Shown here: piece after piece, positions 37,435-48,033 of the stretch
How the letters are laid out: each line of letters begins with the position of its first letter
Position numbering within the stretch: the first letter of the stretch is position 1
Assembly (NCBI GenBank): GCA_964513375.1
Contig: CAZEMO010000006.1
Location: 7,567-71,566 of the forward strand
DNA length: 64,000 bases
Reading direction: 5' to 3'
Source of the DNA: an uncultured Bacteriovoracaceae bacterium
GTDB taxonomy: Bacteria; Desulfobacterota; Desulfomonilia; UBA1062
Position numbers and translations under genes: made by a program
Notes under the pieces: generated by a model
Seen by the model: the letters and a program-made list of their open reading frames with translations, nothing else
Told to the model about the DNA's origin: nothing
Database searches by the model: none

Positions 37435-38094
37435 ATGGTACATCATTATCCGGTAATACTTATAATAGCAGCATTTCTGCTGGCAGGACTTCTGTTTTTT
37501 GAAAAAAAGGAATCGACGAAAGGGCTTTTGAGTGTCAAGCCCGCTCTGTCTCTGCTGTTCATAATTGCCGCCCTGCTTCAGACACACATGAACATGACCT
37601 ATTTTTACCTCGTATTTGCAGGGCTGATACTGTGTCTGATCGGTGATGTCTGCCTGATATTCTTTTTCAATAAAAAGGTCTTTACCGCAGGACTGGGCGC
37701 TTTCCTGGCCGGGCATGTCATGTACACGATAGCATTTTTTTCCTGCGGGACAGCAGGCGCCGTTATGTGGGTGACCACGGTTTCCTGCGTGGCTTTGAGC
37801 ATCGGCGTATTTTTCTGGCTCAAACCCAATCTGGGAAGCATGCTGGGGCCGGTTATCGCCTATATTGTTATCATCTCGGCGATGGCCATCGGAGCGTCTG
37901 CCTTAAAAAGCAACCAGATGCTCGATATGACAGGCAGAATCCTGGTTTATGCTGGAGCCATACTCTTCTATTTATCCGACATATTCGTAGCAAGGCACAG
38001 GTTCGTAAAAAAGGAATTCCTGAACCGGGTCATAGGTCTGCCCATGTATTATACGGCGCAATTCATGATAGCGTTTTCGACAGGGCTCATCTGA
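37435..38094 (+). CDS. YhhN-like (lysoplasmalogenase family) membrane protein
   Basis: KP in TM1, IGDVCL, FLAGHVMY, YLSD, YYTAQ. Confidence 0.88.
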   Translation: MVHHYPVILIIAAFLLAGLLFFEKKESTKGLLSVKPALSLLFIIAALLQTHMNMTYFYLVFAGLILCLIGDVCLIFFFNKKVFTAGLGAFLAGHVMYTIAFFSCGTAGAVMWVTTVSCVALSIGVFFWLKPNLGSMLGPVIAYIVIISAMAIGASALKSNQMLDMTGRILVYAGAILFYLSDIFVARHRFVKKEFLNRVIGLPMYYTAQFMIAFSTGLI

Positions 38095-38101
38095 AGGGGA
38101 T

Positions 38102-39409
38102 ATGCTTCTCGAGATACCATACGATAAAAACGCAATCGTTATCGATGTGCCTGAAAATACAACGGTTTACAGATCGAACTATCCCGAACCTGCCGCTTCA
38201 GCCCCGGCAATAGTATCTGACGCACTTAAGAATTCCACGGGTGCGCCCGGACTGAAGCAGGCGCTTTCGGCAAGGCGTGAAGGCAAAGTGGTAATCGTTG
38301 TTTCAGATATAACAAGACCGATCCCATACAGAGAATTTCTTCCTGAACTCACAAGAGAGATCGAATCGGCAGGGGTCAGGTCCGAAGAGATATTGATTCT
38401 GGTGGCGACAGGCATGCATAGACCGAGTACGCCAGACGAAAGAGAATACATGTTCGGCGATGCGGCAAAAAAATATACCGTCATTGACCATGATGCACAA
38501 GGCGAATTGAAAAGAATAGACGGCCTGAGTTTTTCCGGCAGGCCTGTATTTCTTAACAGATGTTTCGTCGATGCCGGCTTCAGGATTGTGACAGGTCTGG
38601 TGGAGCCCCATTTCATGGCCGGCTTTTCAGGTGGAAGAAAGGCGATATGTCCCGGCCTGGTATCGCTTGATACGATTCAGGCATTTCACAGCCATGATTT
38701 TCTGGCCAGCCCCAGGGCTGCTAACGCAATATTGAAAGATAATCCCTGCCATGAGGAGGCCCTTTCAATTGCCAGACTTGCGGGCGTTGATTATTCGCTT
38801 AACGTTGTCCTTGACTCGAACAAAAGGCTTGTCGCCGCATTTGCAGGCGAACTTGAAGCCTCTCATGAAAAGGCCTGTTCTTTTGTCCGCAGGCACGCCT
38901 GTCCGATTGTTGAAAGCGAGGCAGACGCCGTTATAACAGGCTCAGGCGGCTATCCTTTGGATGCGACATTTTATCAATGCGTCAAAGGCATAGTGGGAGC
39001 AATTCCCGCCGTGAAGCCGGGCGGCAAAATCATTTCCGCAGGCTTCTGCAGGGAGCATATGGGTTCAAAGGAATACCGTGACATCATGTTTGCCCACTCG
39101 CATGCCTGTCATGGTTTTATTGAGAATATAAAGGAATCATGCAGGGTGGAAAAGGACCAGTGGGAATTTCAGATGCAGATAAGGGCCATAGACAGGGTCG
39201 GTACCGGCGGGCTGGTTTTTTTAAGCAGCGGGCTTGATGAAGATGAGGCGGAACATATTTCTGCAGTGTCGATCAATAAAAAGCCGCACCTTATAGAAAG
39301 GGCACTTCAGGATATTATCGGAAGCCTTATTTCAGAAGGGAGAAGTATTGCAGTAATACCTGAGGGGCCTTACTGCACGCCATTATCAGGGAGCAGCGAA
39401 TGGGTGTGA
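38102..39409 (+). CDS. LarA family nickel-pincer racemase/epimerase
   Basis: SDITRP, ATGMHR, EPHFMAGFSGGRKAICPG, YQCVKG. Confidence 0.9.
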   Translation: MLLEIPYDKNAIVIDVPENTTVYRSNYPEPAASAPAIVSDALKNSTGAPGLKQALSARREGKVVIVVSDITRPIPYREFLPELTREIESAGVRSEEILILVATGMHRPSTPDEREYMFGDAAKKYTVIDHDAQGELKRIDGLSFSGRPVFLNRCFVDAGFRIVTGLVEPHFMAGFSGGRKAICPGLVSLDTIQAFHSHDFLASPRAANAILKDNPCHEEALSIARLAGVDYSLNVVLDSNKRLVAAFAGELEASHEKACSFVRRHACPIVESEADAVITGSGGYPLDATFYQCVKGIVGAIPAVKPGGKIISAGFCREHMGSKEYRDIMFAHSHACHGFIENIKESCRVEKDQWEFQMQIRAIDRVGTGGLVFLSSGLDEDEAEHISAVSINKKPHLIERALQDIIGSLISEGRSIAVIPEGPYCTPLSGSSEWV

Positions 39410-39819
39410 ATTTCGAACCGATCGGTATAGTCCATTCCCCGGTCAGGTCAGTCATGGAAGCGCCCAGGTTTTTCACGGTATCTGACATAAAAGGGACCAT
39501 AGAGATCTATCCGGAATTCATACGGGGTCTCAAGTTTATTGAAAGAGAAGAGCGTATAATAGTGTTGTTTCACTTCCATCTTTCCGAGGGATACGAACTT
39601 ATTCAGAGGAAAGACTCCACAAGGGAGTGGAAAGGTGTATTTTCTCTCTGCTCGCCCAACAGGCCGAACCCCATTGGCATGTCCGTGCTCAGGCTTGAAA
39701 AGGTCGAAGGCAACATCCTTTATGTTGCAAACCTTGACATGGTCGACGAAACCCCTGTTTTTGACATAAAGCCATACCGGCATTTCAAAGAGCAGGAAAT
39801 CTCTCAGGCCAACAGCTGA
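39400..39819 (+). CDS. TrmO/TsaA family tRNA methyltransferase
   Basis: PIGIVHSP, GVFSLCSPNRPNPIG, LDMVDETPVFDIKPY. Confidence 0.9.
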   Translation: MGVNFEPIGIVHSPVRSVMEAPRFFTVSDIKGTIEIYPEFIRGLKFIEREERIIVLFHFHLSEGYELIQRKDSTREWKGVFSLCSPNRPNPIGMSVLRLEKVEGNILYVANLDMVDETPVFDIKPYRHFKEQEISQANS

Positions 39820-39888
39820 TTGAAAATATCGGCATTTTGTGGTTTAATTGTCTGTCGCAAAAAATAAAACTCCAGGAGAATTGAAACC

Positions 39889-40761
39889 ATGCAGTATGAC
39901 ATGCCATTATACAGACCGCCATCCGAGGCAAGGGCTCTTATTTTTCAGGTGACGCTCGGCTGTTCATGGAACAAATGTCTTTTCTGCGGCATGTACAAGA
40001 CCAAGCGTTATCAGGTGAGGCCGTGGGAAGACCTTCAGAAAGACATACTTGAGATGTCCATGACATATCCTCATACAAAACGGATATTTCTTGCCGACGG
40101 CGACGTTATAGGCGTCGATACCGGATATCTTATCAGGGTACTCACGCTTTTAAATGAGAAGTTCCCCAGACTTGAAAAGGTCAATGTCTATGCCGGTCCC
40201 ACAAACCTTCTTGCCAAGAGCGAGGATGAATTAAGGGCGTTCAGGGACCTCAAGCTCAGCACTCTTTACCTGGGTATAGAAACCGGCAATGACGAACTGC
40301 TCAAAAGGATAAAAAAAGGGGCAACCTCAGCACAGATAATTGAGGGCTGTACAAAGGCCCTGAGGGCAGGACTCAGGATGTCTACTATAATACTTCTGGG
40401 TCTGGGCGGAGTTGAAGGCAGTCTTGTCCATGCAAAGGATTCCGCAAAAGTCGTCAGTGCAATCGACCCCCAGTTCGTCGCATGCCTGACTCTTATGCTC
40501 GGACCATATAAGGAGCTTTATGAAAAAAAACTCATGGGTGGCGGATTTACTCTTCCGGACAAGCACGGGACGCTTCAGGAGCTCAGGTGGTTTGTCGAAG
40601 ACCTTGATCTTACCAACTGCCGTTTCGGCACCGAACACGCATCTAATTATCTTCCGATCAGCGGTGATATTCCGGCTGATAAGGGAAAAATATTAGGTCT
40701 CATCGACAGGGCTCTGAACGACGAAAAGATGCTGAGGCCGGAATGGGCCAGAGGCCTGTAG
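39889..40761 (+). CDS. Radical SAM protein, function unknown
   Basis: CSWNKCLFC (CxxxCxxC); YRPPSEA N-terminus. Confidence 0.9.
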   Translation: MQYDMPLYRPPSEARALIFQVTLGCSWNKCLFCGMYKTKRYQVRPWEDLQKDILEMSMTYPHTKRIFLADGDVIGVDTGYLIRVLTLLNEKFPRLEKVNVYAGPTNLLAKSEDELRAFRDLKLSTLYLGIETGNDELLKRIKKGATSAQIIEGCTKALRAGLRMSTIILLGLGGVEGSLVHAKDSAKVVSAIDPQFVACLTLMLGPYKELYEKKLMGGGFTLPDKHGTLQELRWFVEDLDLTNCRFGTEHASNYLPISGDIPADKGKILGLIDRALNDEKMLRPEWARGL

Positions 40762-40812
40762 ATTGACAAGCCAAGCTCAGGTGATATACACCTTGATTCT
40801 GGAGGAAATAAA

Positions 40813-42054
40813 TTGATTACAGCAGTAAAGGGAATGAACGATATCCTGCCCGGCGAGATCGCAAAATGGAGATTCGTGGAAGAGACGGCAAGAAGGATTT
40901 TCGGTCTTTACGGATTTTCCGAGCTGAGAACCCCTGTTGTCGAAAAGACAGAACTTTTTTCCAGAGGCATGGGTCAGGATACCGATGTAGTTGAAAAGCA
41001 GATGTACACCTTCATTGACAAGGGTGACTCGTCGCTCACTCTAAGGCCGGAGGCTACGGCCTCGGTAATGAGGGCAGTTATCGAGCATGGACTTCTCGGC
41101 CAGGAACCGGTGCAGAAACTTTTCTCAATCGGCCCGATGTTTCGCTATGAAAGGCCGCAGAAAGGCCGCTACCGCCAGTTTCACCAGATCAACTGCGAGA
41201 GGCTGGGTGAGGCCGGGCCGTTATCCGATGCTGAAACACTTGCCCTTGCATATGACATTGCCGTGGCGCTTGGGCTTTCGGATGTTGTACTCGAAGTAAA
41301 TTCGCTCGGCTGCCCGGCATGCAGACCTGCATTCAAGAAGGCTCTTCAGGGTTTCCTTGAGGCGAAAAAGGAAGACCTGTGCCCGGACTGTCTGAGAAGG
41401 ATGTATACGAATCCACTCAGGGTGCTCGATTGCAAGGTTGAAGCATGCAGAATGGCGGTTGAAGGCGCGCCGGAGAATTCAGGATACCTCTGTGAAGAAT
41501 GCAGAACACATTATGATGCTATGCTTGCGGGACTTGATGCCTTTAATATCCCTTATGAAAAGAATCCCAGGCTGGTAAGAGGTCTGGATTATTATATACG
41601 CACCGCCTTTGAAATGACTGCGAAGGGTCTGGGTTCTCAGAATGCCGTGGGCGGCGGGGGAAGGTATGATGGGCTTGTCGCAGCGCTTGGAGGAAATGAT
41701 GTGCCAGGAGTAGGCTTTGCCTTCGGCATGGAACGCCTGTTAATGCTGCTCCCCGACATAGCTGAAGAAAAAATGGGCTGCTTTATTGCAGCTCTCGGTG
41801 AGAATACCAAGAAAGAGGCTTTGAGGCTTGCTGCACAACTGAGGCGTGAGGGAGTAAGAACTGAATTGGCGCCCGAGAAAAGCTTCAAGATCCAGATGAG
41901 GCAGGCAGGCAAATCCGGCTATCCGATATGTCTGATAGTTGGTGATGATGAGATGGCCAACGGGACTGTCGCTATGAAGGACATGGTAACTGGTATTCAG
42001 AAGCAGGTGAAACAGGAAGATTTATTAAAAAGTCTGGCAGATATTGTCAGATAA
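40813..42054 (+). CDS. hisS: Histidine--tRNA ligase
   Basis: LRPEATA, FRYERPQKGRYRQFHQ, LVRGLDYY, GGGRYDGL; TTG start after GGAGG. Confidence 0.98.
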   Translation: MITAVKGMNDILPGEIAKWRFVEETARRIFGLYGFSELRTPVVEKTELFSRGMGQDTDVVEKQMYTFIDKGDSSLTLRPEATASVMRAVIEHGLLGQEPVQKLFSIGPMFRYERPQKGRYRQFHQINCERLGEAGPLSDAETLALAYDIAVALGLSDVVLEVNSLGCPACRPAFKKALQGFLEAKKEDLCPDCLRRMYTNPLRVLDCKVEACRMAVEGAPENSGYLCEECRTHYDAMLAGLDAFNIPYEKNPRLVRGLDYYIRTAFEMTAKGLGSQNAVGGGGRYDGLVAALGGNDVPGVGFAFGMERLLMLLPDIAEEKMGCFIAALGENTKKEALRLAAQLRREGVRTELAPEKSFKIQMRQAGKSGYPICLIVGDDEMANGTVAMKDMVTGIQKQVKQEDLLKSLADIVR

Positions 42055-42181
42055 CTGGTTTTAAAAGCAAGAGGCGGGTAATGAATGGTACTGAAACGGG
42101 TGCAATATTGAATGTGAATTTAATTTTGCTTTCTCACTTACCACTCATTACTTACCGCTATATTTAATTAAGGAGAGCAGC

Positions 42182-43969
42182 GTGAGCTCAGAAACAGCCG
42201 GTTTTAAGAGGACCCATTACTGCGGAGAAGTAGGCCTTAATGATTGTGGCAAGATGGTAACACTCATGGGCTGGGTGCAGAAAAGGCGCGATTTGGGAGG
42301 GCTTGTTTTTGTAGACCTCAGGGACAGGAGCGGCATATGCCAGGTGGTATTCAATCCCGAGACCGAACCCGAGGCCCATGCAACCGGAGGCACGCTGAAG
42401 ATGGAATACTGTATTGCGGTTCAAGGTGTGCTTAACCCAAGGCCTAAAGAAATGCAAAATGCAGGGATGAAGACTGGAGGGGTGGAACTGACAGCAAAAG
42501 AAATAGTTATCCTTAACGAAGCAAAGACGCCGCCCTTTGTAATCGATGACGCAACGGATGCAACCGAGCTGCTAAGGCTCAAGTACCGGTATCTCGACCT
42601 CAGAAGGCCAACGCTGCAGAAGAACATCCTCCTAAGGCACAAAGCGGCCTTCATAACAAGGCGCTTCCTCGATTCGAAGGGATTTGTAGAGATCGAAACG
42701 CCTGTCCTTACAAAGAGCACGCCGGAGGGTGCACGCGACTACCTTGTGCCAAGCAGGGTTTTCCCGGGGAAATTTTTCGCCCTGCCGCAGTCGCCCCAGC
42801 TTTTCAAGCAGCTCCTGATGATCTCGGGATTCGACCGCTATTTCCAGATTGTAAAATGTTTCCGTGACGAAGACCTCAGGGCTGACCGGCAGCCGGAATT
42901 CACACAGATAGATATGGAGTTCTCCTTCATGACAAGAGACGATATCCTCGATCTTTGCGAAGGGCTCATACGCACGATGTTCAAAGAGACAATAGGAGTC
43001 GAACTGCCCGAGCCTCTGCCCAGGATGAGCTATGATGAGGCGATGAACTCCTACGGCGTTGACAGGCCGGATACGCGTTTCGGCATGCTTCTCAAGGATG
43101 TTTCGGACATACTTAAGGACAGCACGTTCAAGGTTTTTACCTCTACCGTCGAAACAGGCGGGATAATAAAGGGATTTACCATCAAGGGCGGTTCCGTCAT
43201 GTCGCGCAAGGAGCTTGATGACCTGGGCGGATTCGTGGCGGATTTCGGCGTCAGGGGCCTTCTCTGGGCCAAACTGGGCGATGACGGCTGGCAGTCGAGC
43301 ATTGCGAAGTATCTGAACGACGAACAGAAAAAGGCCGTAGAGGAAAGGCTCAGCATGAAAAAAGGCGATGTAGCGGTTTTCATTGCGGGAGATGCGGCCA
43401 TGGTAAATGCAAGCCTCGGAGCGCTCAGACTTCATGTAGGCGCTAAGCTGGGCATAATTCCCGAAAATGAGTTCAGCGCATTGTGGGTCATCGACTTTCC
43501 TCTGTTCGAGTACAACAGGGAGGAAAAGAGGCTCGTAGCCGTCCACCATATGTTTACGGCGCCTCATGAATCCGATCTCAGCCTAATGGACACCGATCCG
43601 CTCAAAGTCCGCGCACAGGCCTACGATATGGTCATAAACGGAAGCGAAGTCGGCGGCGGCAGCGTACGTATCCACAGAAGGGATGTACAGCAGAAGGTTT
43701 TCAATTCGATCGGCTTCACCGAAGAGGAGGCAAAAACCAAGTTCGGTTTCCTGCTCGAGGCGCTGGAGTTCGGCGCACCACCCCACGGCGGTATAGCATT
43801 CGGGCTGGACAGACTGGTGATGCTCCTTGCTGGCGCTTCATCACTCAGGGATGTCATAGCCTTTCCCAAGACGCAGAAGGCATTCTGTCAGATGACTGAT
43901 GCGCCTTCGGAGGTTAATTCGGCCCAGCTTACCGAACTGGGAATTAACCTGATGGATGTCGAATCATGA
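42182..43969 (+). CDS. aspS: Aspartate--tRNA ligase
   Basis: [38 protein letters not shown]; GTG start after AAGGAG. Confidence 0.98.
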   Translation: MSSETAGFKRTHYCGEVGLNDCGKMVTLMGWVQKRRDLGGLVFVDLRDRSGICQVVFNPETEPEAHATGGTLKMEYCIAVQGVLNPRPKEMQNAGMKTGGVELTAKEIVILNEAKTPPFVIDDATDATELLRLKYRYLDLRRPTLQKNILLRHKAAFITRRFLDSKGFVEIETPVLTKSTPEGARDYLVPSRVFPGKFFALPQSPQLFKQLLMISGFDRYFQIVKCFRDEDLRADRQPEFTQIDMEFSFMTRDDILDLCEGLIRTMFKETIGVELPEPLPRMSYDEAMNSYGVDRPDTRFGMLLKDVSDILKDSTFKVFTSTVETGGIIKGFTIKGGSVMSRKELDDLGGFVADFGVRGLLWAKLGDDGWQSSIAKYLNDEQKKAVEERLSMKKGDVAVFIAGDAAMVNASLGALRLHVGAKLGIIPENEFSALWVIDFPLFEYNREEKRLVAVHHMFTAPHESDLSLMDTDPLKVRAQAYDMVINGSEVGGGSVRIHRRDVQQKVFNSIGFTEEEAKTKFGFLLEALEFGAPPHGGIAFGLDRLVMLLAGASSLRDVIAFPKTQKAFCQMTDAPSEVNSAQLTELGINLMDVES

Positions 43970-44775
43970 AAAGGCTATCTGCCATTTTACTGATTATACT
44001 GCTGGCGGCAGGGTGCGCCACGACATCAAAGGATAAAAAAAATGCCGGCTCTGTTCAAGGGTTTGCCACGGAAGAGGAAGCGCTATCGGCAAGCCTTGAA
44101 TGCCTTAAGATTGCAACAGAAGCCAGAAAAAAGGGCAATATCAGTGAGGAAAAAGCGGCGCTTGACCTTGCACTTAAATATCTCAGGGAAGTTGACACTG
44201 AAAACCGTCAGGTTTTGAACGATTCAACAGAGAGGCTTCGCAGTTTAATCGCCATCTCGGGTTTCGAATATGCATCGAAGGAATCCAACGAACTGCTTGT
44301 AGTCTATATGGAAATGCAGAACGCATATGCCGATCATGACAGTGAGAAGATTAAAACCCTGAAGGCGACCCTTGACGCAAAGTTCGAAAAAGCCAGGTCC
44401 GCTACTGCAGAGGCTAAGCAAAAAAAAATTGAGGCCCTCGGGAAAGAAGTGGTCATAAAAAAGGACGATGCAAGGAAGCAAGGGGAGTCGGATTCCGGTA
44501 ACGCCCTTCCATCAATATATACTGTTAAGAAGGGGGATACTCTTCCCAGTATTGCTGCAAGGCATGATATTTATAACGACTCATTTATGTGGCCTCTGAT
44601 ATACAAGGCCAACAGGGACCAGATAAAAGACCCTAAGGTTCTCCATGGCGGACAGGAGCTTAAGATACCAAGAGATATGAGCTTAGAAGAAATAATTCAG
44701 GCGCGCAGGGAAGCAGGTGCGAGCGAACCTGAAAAGATACCCAGGGATGCATTGATTCCAAGGAGGGCAAAGTAA
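43966..44775 (+). CDS. LysM domain lipoprotein
   Basis: Lipobox AAGC; YTVKKGDTL...[15 protein letters not shown]...GQELKIP. Confidence 0.9.
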   Translation: MKRLSAILLIILLAAGCATTSKDKKNAGSVQGFATEEEALSASLECLKIATEARKKGNISEEKAALDLALKYLREVDTENRQVLNDSTERLRSLIAISGFEYASKESNELLVVYMEMQNAYADHDSEKIKTLKATLDAKFEKARSATAEAKQKKIEALGKEVVIKKDDARKQGESDSGNALPSIYTVKKGDTLPSIAARHDIYNDSFMWPLIYKANRDQIKDPKVLHGGQELKIPRDMSLEEIIQARREAGASEPEKIPRDALIPRRAK

Positions 44776-44776
44776 G

Positions 44777-46687
44777 ATGGCAAAATGGGACGAAAAATTG
44801 AAGTTGTTCTACTACACGCCGGGCAAAAACTTTCCATCAGGTATAGAGGACAGGAAAGAGGGTAATTATTACCGTGCTATTTTTAATTACGAGGAAGTTC
44901 CCAAGGTAGATTTCGACATGAGAATCATCCCGATTCAGCCTGCTGATGATATATTCATTACCGATACGACATTCAGAGACGGCCAGCAGTCCATGACGCC
45001 ATTTTCAGTGAAACAGATAGAGACCATATTCGATTACCTGAGCAAGATTAGCGGCGACAATGGCCTCATAAGAATGAGCGAATTTTTCCTTTATACGAAA
45101 AAGGACAAGGCAGCAGTAGATGCATGCCGGGCAAAAGGTTACAAATATCCGAAGATAACGTCATGGATAAGGGCTCACAAGGACGACCTCAAGCTTGTCA
45201 AAGAAATGGATATGGATGAAACAGGCATCCTGACCTCGGTTTCTGATTACCACATATACATGAAAATGGGTCTCGACCGGAAAAAGGCGCTCGATGAATA
45301 TCTGGGCATTGTCAAGGAGACCCTTGCGCATGGTGTGATTCCCAGGTGTCATTTTGAAGATGTGACACGCGCCGACATATTCGGGTTCTGCGTGCCCCTT
45401 GCCAGGGAATTGATGAAGCTCAGCGAAGAGTCCGGGATAGACGTCAAGATAAGGCTTTGCGACACGATGGGATATGCCGTGAGCTTCCCGGGTGCTGCAC
45501 TGCCAAGGTCGGTTGACAAACTGGTAAGGGCGTTTATCGATGATGCAGGTGTGCCCGGCAGACTTCTTGAGTGGCATGGACACAACGACTTTCATAAAGG
45601 ACTTGTCAATGCTACCTCCGCATGGCTTTACGGCTGCCAGGGAGTCAATTGCGCCATACTGGGATTTGGTGAAAGAACGGGCAACACCCCGCTTGAGGCC
45701 ATGGTGTTTGAATACCTGCAGCTAAGGGGAATGGATAAGAGCGTGAATACGGTTGCCGTGACCGAGATGGCCAATTATGTGAATTCGGAAATGAACTATA
45801 ATATACCGCCCAATTTCCCTTATGTGGGAGAGAACTTTAACGTGACAAGGGCCGGCATACATGCTGACGGCCTGGTAAAGAACGAGGAAATCTACAACAT
45901 ATTCGATACCGCCAAAATACTCGGTAAGCCCATAGCGATAGCCATTACGGACAAGTCGGGCAAGGCGAGCCTCGTGCATTGGATAAACAATCACTACAAG
46001 CTCGACAGAGACAATCTCATAGATAAAAGACATCCCGGCATCACAAAGATGTACCAGCAGATTATCAAGGAATATGAGGACGGCCGCATGACAACAATGA
46101 GCGATGAAGAACTTGAAAAGCTTACCATGCGCTTCATCCCGCAACTCTTCCTGTCCGGCTTCGACCTTATCAAGGCGGAGGTCTCGGAATACGCCAGCAA
46201 ACTTATCGAGAAGCTACTTGAAAACAAAAATATGATGAGCATGAAGCGCGATAAAATGGAGGAGGCGCTTGCCGAATTCATTGAGGAGTATCCGTTCATA
46301 CAGTTTGCCTATGTTACCGATATGAAGGGTATCAAGGTGACACGTAACATAACTCAGCCTGAATACCGCGGGCATTTCCTGCACAAGATTAAGGAGCATG
46401 AGGACTGCTCCGACCGTGACTGGTTCAGAAGTACGGTTGAGGACGGCAGGCTTCATGTTAGCGGCATCATGTCATCGAGAATAACCGGGGCTCTCATTAT
46501 GACGGTTTCGGCACCGATAACCGATAAAGATGATGACATGATCGGTGTTCTAGGTCTTGATATACGCTTTGAAGACGTTGTCAAGGTTATACAGAGCGTA
46601 TATGAATCCCAGGGCATGGCCATGAGCCCGAGGGACATTCATAAATACCATGCACTGATGTGGGAGGAGATGAACAAGCAGATTTAA
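44777..46687 (+). CDS. DRE-TIM metallolyase, Re-citrate synthase-like, with C-terminal Cache-like domain
   Basis: DTTFRDGQQ, HGHNDF, GFGERTGN, TRAGIHADG; C-terminal QFAYV...DRDWF...S.ITG...TVSAPI...GVLGLDI; immediately upstream of icd. Confidence 0.8.
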   Translation: MAKWDEKLKLFYYTPGKNFPSGIEDRKEGNYYRAIFNYEEVPKVDFDMRIIPIQPADDIFITDTTFRDGQQSMTPFSVKQIETIFDYLSKISGDNGLIRMSEFFLYTKKDKAAVDACRAKGYKYPKITSWIRAHKDDLKLVKEMDMDETGILTSVSDYHIYMKMGLDRKKALDEYLGIVKETLAHGVIPRCHFEDVTRADIFGFCVPLARELMKLSEESGIDVKIRLCDTMGYAVSFPGAALPRSVDKLVRAFIDDAGVPGRLLEWHGHNDFHKGLVNATSAWLYGCQGVNCAILGFGERTGNTPLEAMVFEYLQLRGMDKSVNTVAVTEMANYVNSEMNYNIPPNFPYVGENFNVTRAGIHADGLVKNEEIYNIFDTAKILGKPIAIAITDKSGKASLVHWINNHYKLDRDNLIDKRHPGITKMYQQIIKEYEDGRMTTMSDEELEKLTMRFIPQLFLSGFDLIKAEVSEYASKLIEKLLENKNMMSMKRDKMEEALAEFIEEYPFIQFAYVTDMKGIKVTRNITQPEYRGHFLHKIKEHEDCSDRDWFRSTVEDGRLHVSGIMSSRITGALIMTVSAPITDKDDDMIGVLGLDIRFEDVVKVIQSVYESQGMAMSPRDIHKYHALMWEEMNKQI

Positions 46688-46752
46688 GTTTTTTATAGGT
46701 CTTATATGACCTATGAGACTTATTAAAAAACCGGATTATATAAGGAGCTTTA

Positions 46753-47958
46753 ATGGCAGGAACAAAGATCACTTTTGAGAATGGAAAACTGAATGTGCCT
46801 GACAACCCGGTAATATGCTTTATCGAGGGCGACGGCATCGGCCCGGATATATGGAAGGCTTCGCAGGCTGTAATGGATGCGGCTGTAGAGAAGGCATATG
46901 CCGGGAAGAAGAAGATAGCATGGCGCGAGGTCCTGGCAGGAGAAAAGGCTTTCAATAAAACAGGCAAATGGCTTCCTGAAGAGACGCTTAAAGACCTAGA
47001 GGAATACCTTGTCGGCATAAAGGGCCCCCTTACTACACCGGTAGGCGGCGGCATCAGGAGCCTTAATGTTACGCTCAGGCAGGTGCTTGACCTGTATGCC
47101 TGCGTGCGTCCGGTAAAATATTACGAAGGCACGCCCGCCCCGGTGAAAAGGCCCGAGCTTGTCAATATAACCGTCTTCAGGGAGAACACCGAAGATGTCT
47201 ACGCCGGGTTCGAATGGCAGCAGGGGACAGACAAGGTAACAAAACTTATCGATTTTCTGAACAGTGAAATGGGGACAAAGATAAGGCCCGACTCGGGTAT
47301 AGGCATAAAGCCCATATCCATAACCGGCACCAGAAGACTTGTCCGCATGGCGATGGAATATGCAGTCAGAATGAAGAAGCCTGTTCTGACTCTGGTGCAC
47401 AAGGGCAATATCATGAAGTATACCGAGGGTTCTTTCAGGGACTGGGGATATCAGCTTGTCAGGGACGAATTCTCGGATGTCGCGGTAATTGAAAGTGATC
47501 TTAAAGATGCTAAAGTTCCTGAGGGGAAGGTCCTTGTAAACGATCGCATTGCGGACTCCATGTTCCAGCAGGTGCTTCTGAGGCCATCCGAATACAGCGT
47601 TCTTGCAGTGCCGAACCTTATAGGCGATTTCATATCCGACGCGCTGGCGGCACAGGTAGGGGGACTCGGCATGGCTCCGGGCGCAAACATAGGCATCCCG
47701 GTTGCGGTATTTGAGGCGACGCACGGAACGGCCCCCAAATATGCCGGCCAGGACAAGGTTAATCCCGGCTCGCTCATGCTCTCGGGCGCCATGATGCTGG
47801 ATCATATCGGCTGGAATGAGGCCGCAGACCTGGTAAGGAAAGGCATAGCTCAAGCCATATCAGATAAAAAAGTTACCTATGACCTTGAAAGACAGATGGA
47901 AGGCGCAACGCTGGTAAGCTGTTCGGGATTTGCAAGTGCGATAATCGAAAGGATGTAA
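46753..47958 (+). CDS. icd: NADP-dependent isocitrate dehydrogenase
   Basis: [45 protein letters not shown]. Confidence 0.97.
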   Translation: MAGTKITFENGKLNVPDNPVICFIEGDGIGPDIWKASQAVMDAAVEKAYAGKKKIAWREVLAGEKAFNKTGKWLPEETLKDLEEYLVGIKGPLTTPVGGGIRSLNVTLRQVLDLYACVRPVKYYEGTPAPVKRPELVNITVFRENTEDVYAGFEWQQGTDKVTKLIDFLNSEMGTKIRPDSGIGIKPISITGTRRLVRMAMEYAVRMKKPVLTLVHKGNIMKYTEGSFRDWGYQLVRDEFSDVAVIESDLKDAKVPEGKVLVNDRIADSMFQQVLLRPSEYSVLAVPNLIGDFISDALAAQVGGLGMAPGANIGIPVAVFEATHGTAPKYAGQDKVNPGSLMLSGAMMLDHIGWNEAADLVRKGIAQAISDKKVTYDLERQMEGATLVSCSGFASAIIERM

Positions 47959-47985
47959 GGGATAAGATTATATTCAGCTTCGTAC

Positions 47986-48016
47986 CAGCGCTGCATCAGA
48001 TAGAGATGCAGCGCTG
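47986..48016. terminator. Hairpin between convergent icd and acylase genes
   Basis: CAGCGCTGCATC-agataga-GATGCAGCGCTG. Confidence 0.6.
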
Positions 48017-48033
48017 AAAAATATTTTCTTTAG

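Noticed and set aside
42070-42165. Loose hairpin with heptamer-like repeats between hisS and aspS
   Set aside because: Short and degenerate (GGTAATGAATGGTA vs TACCACTCATTACTTACC); not enough to call a feature.
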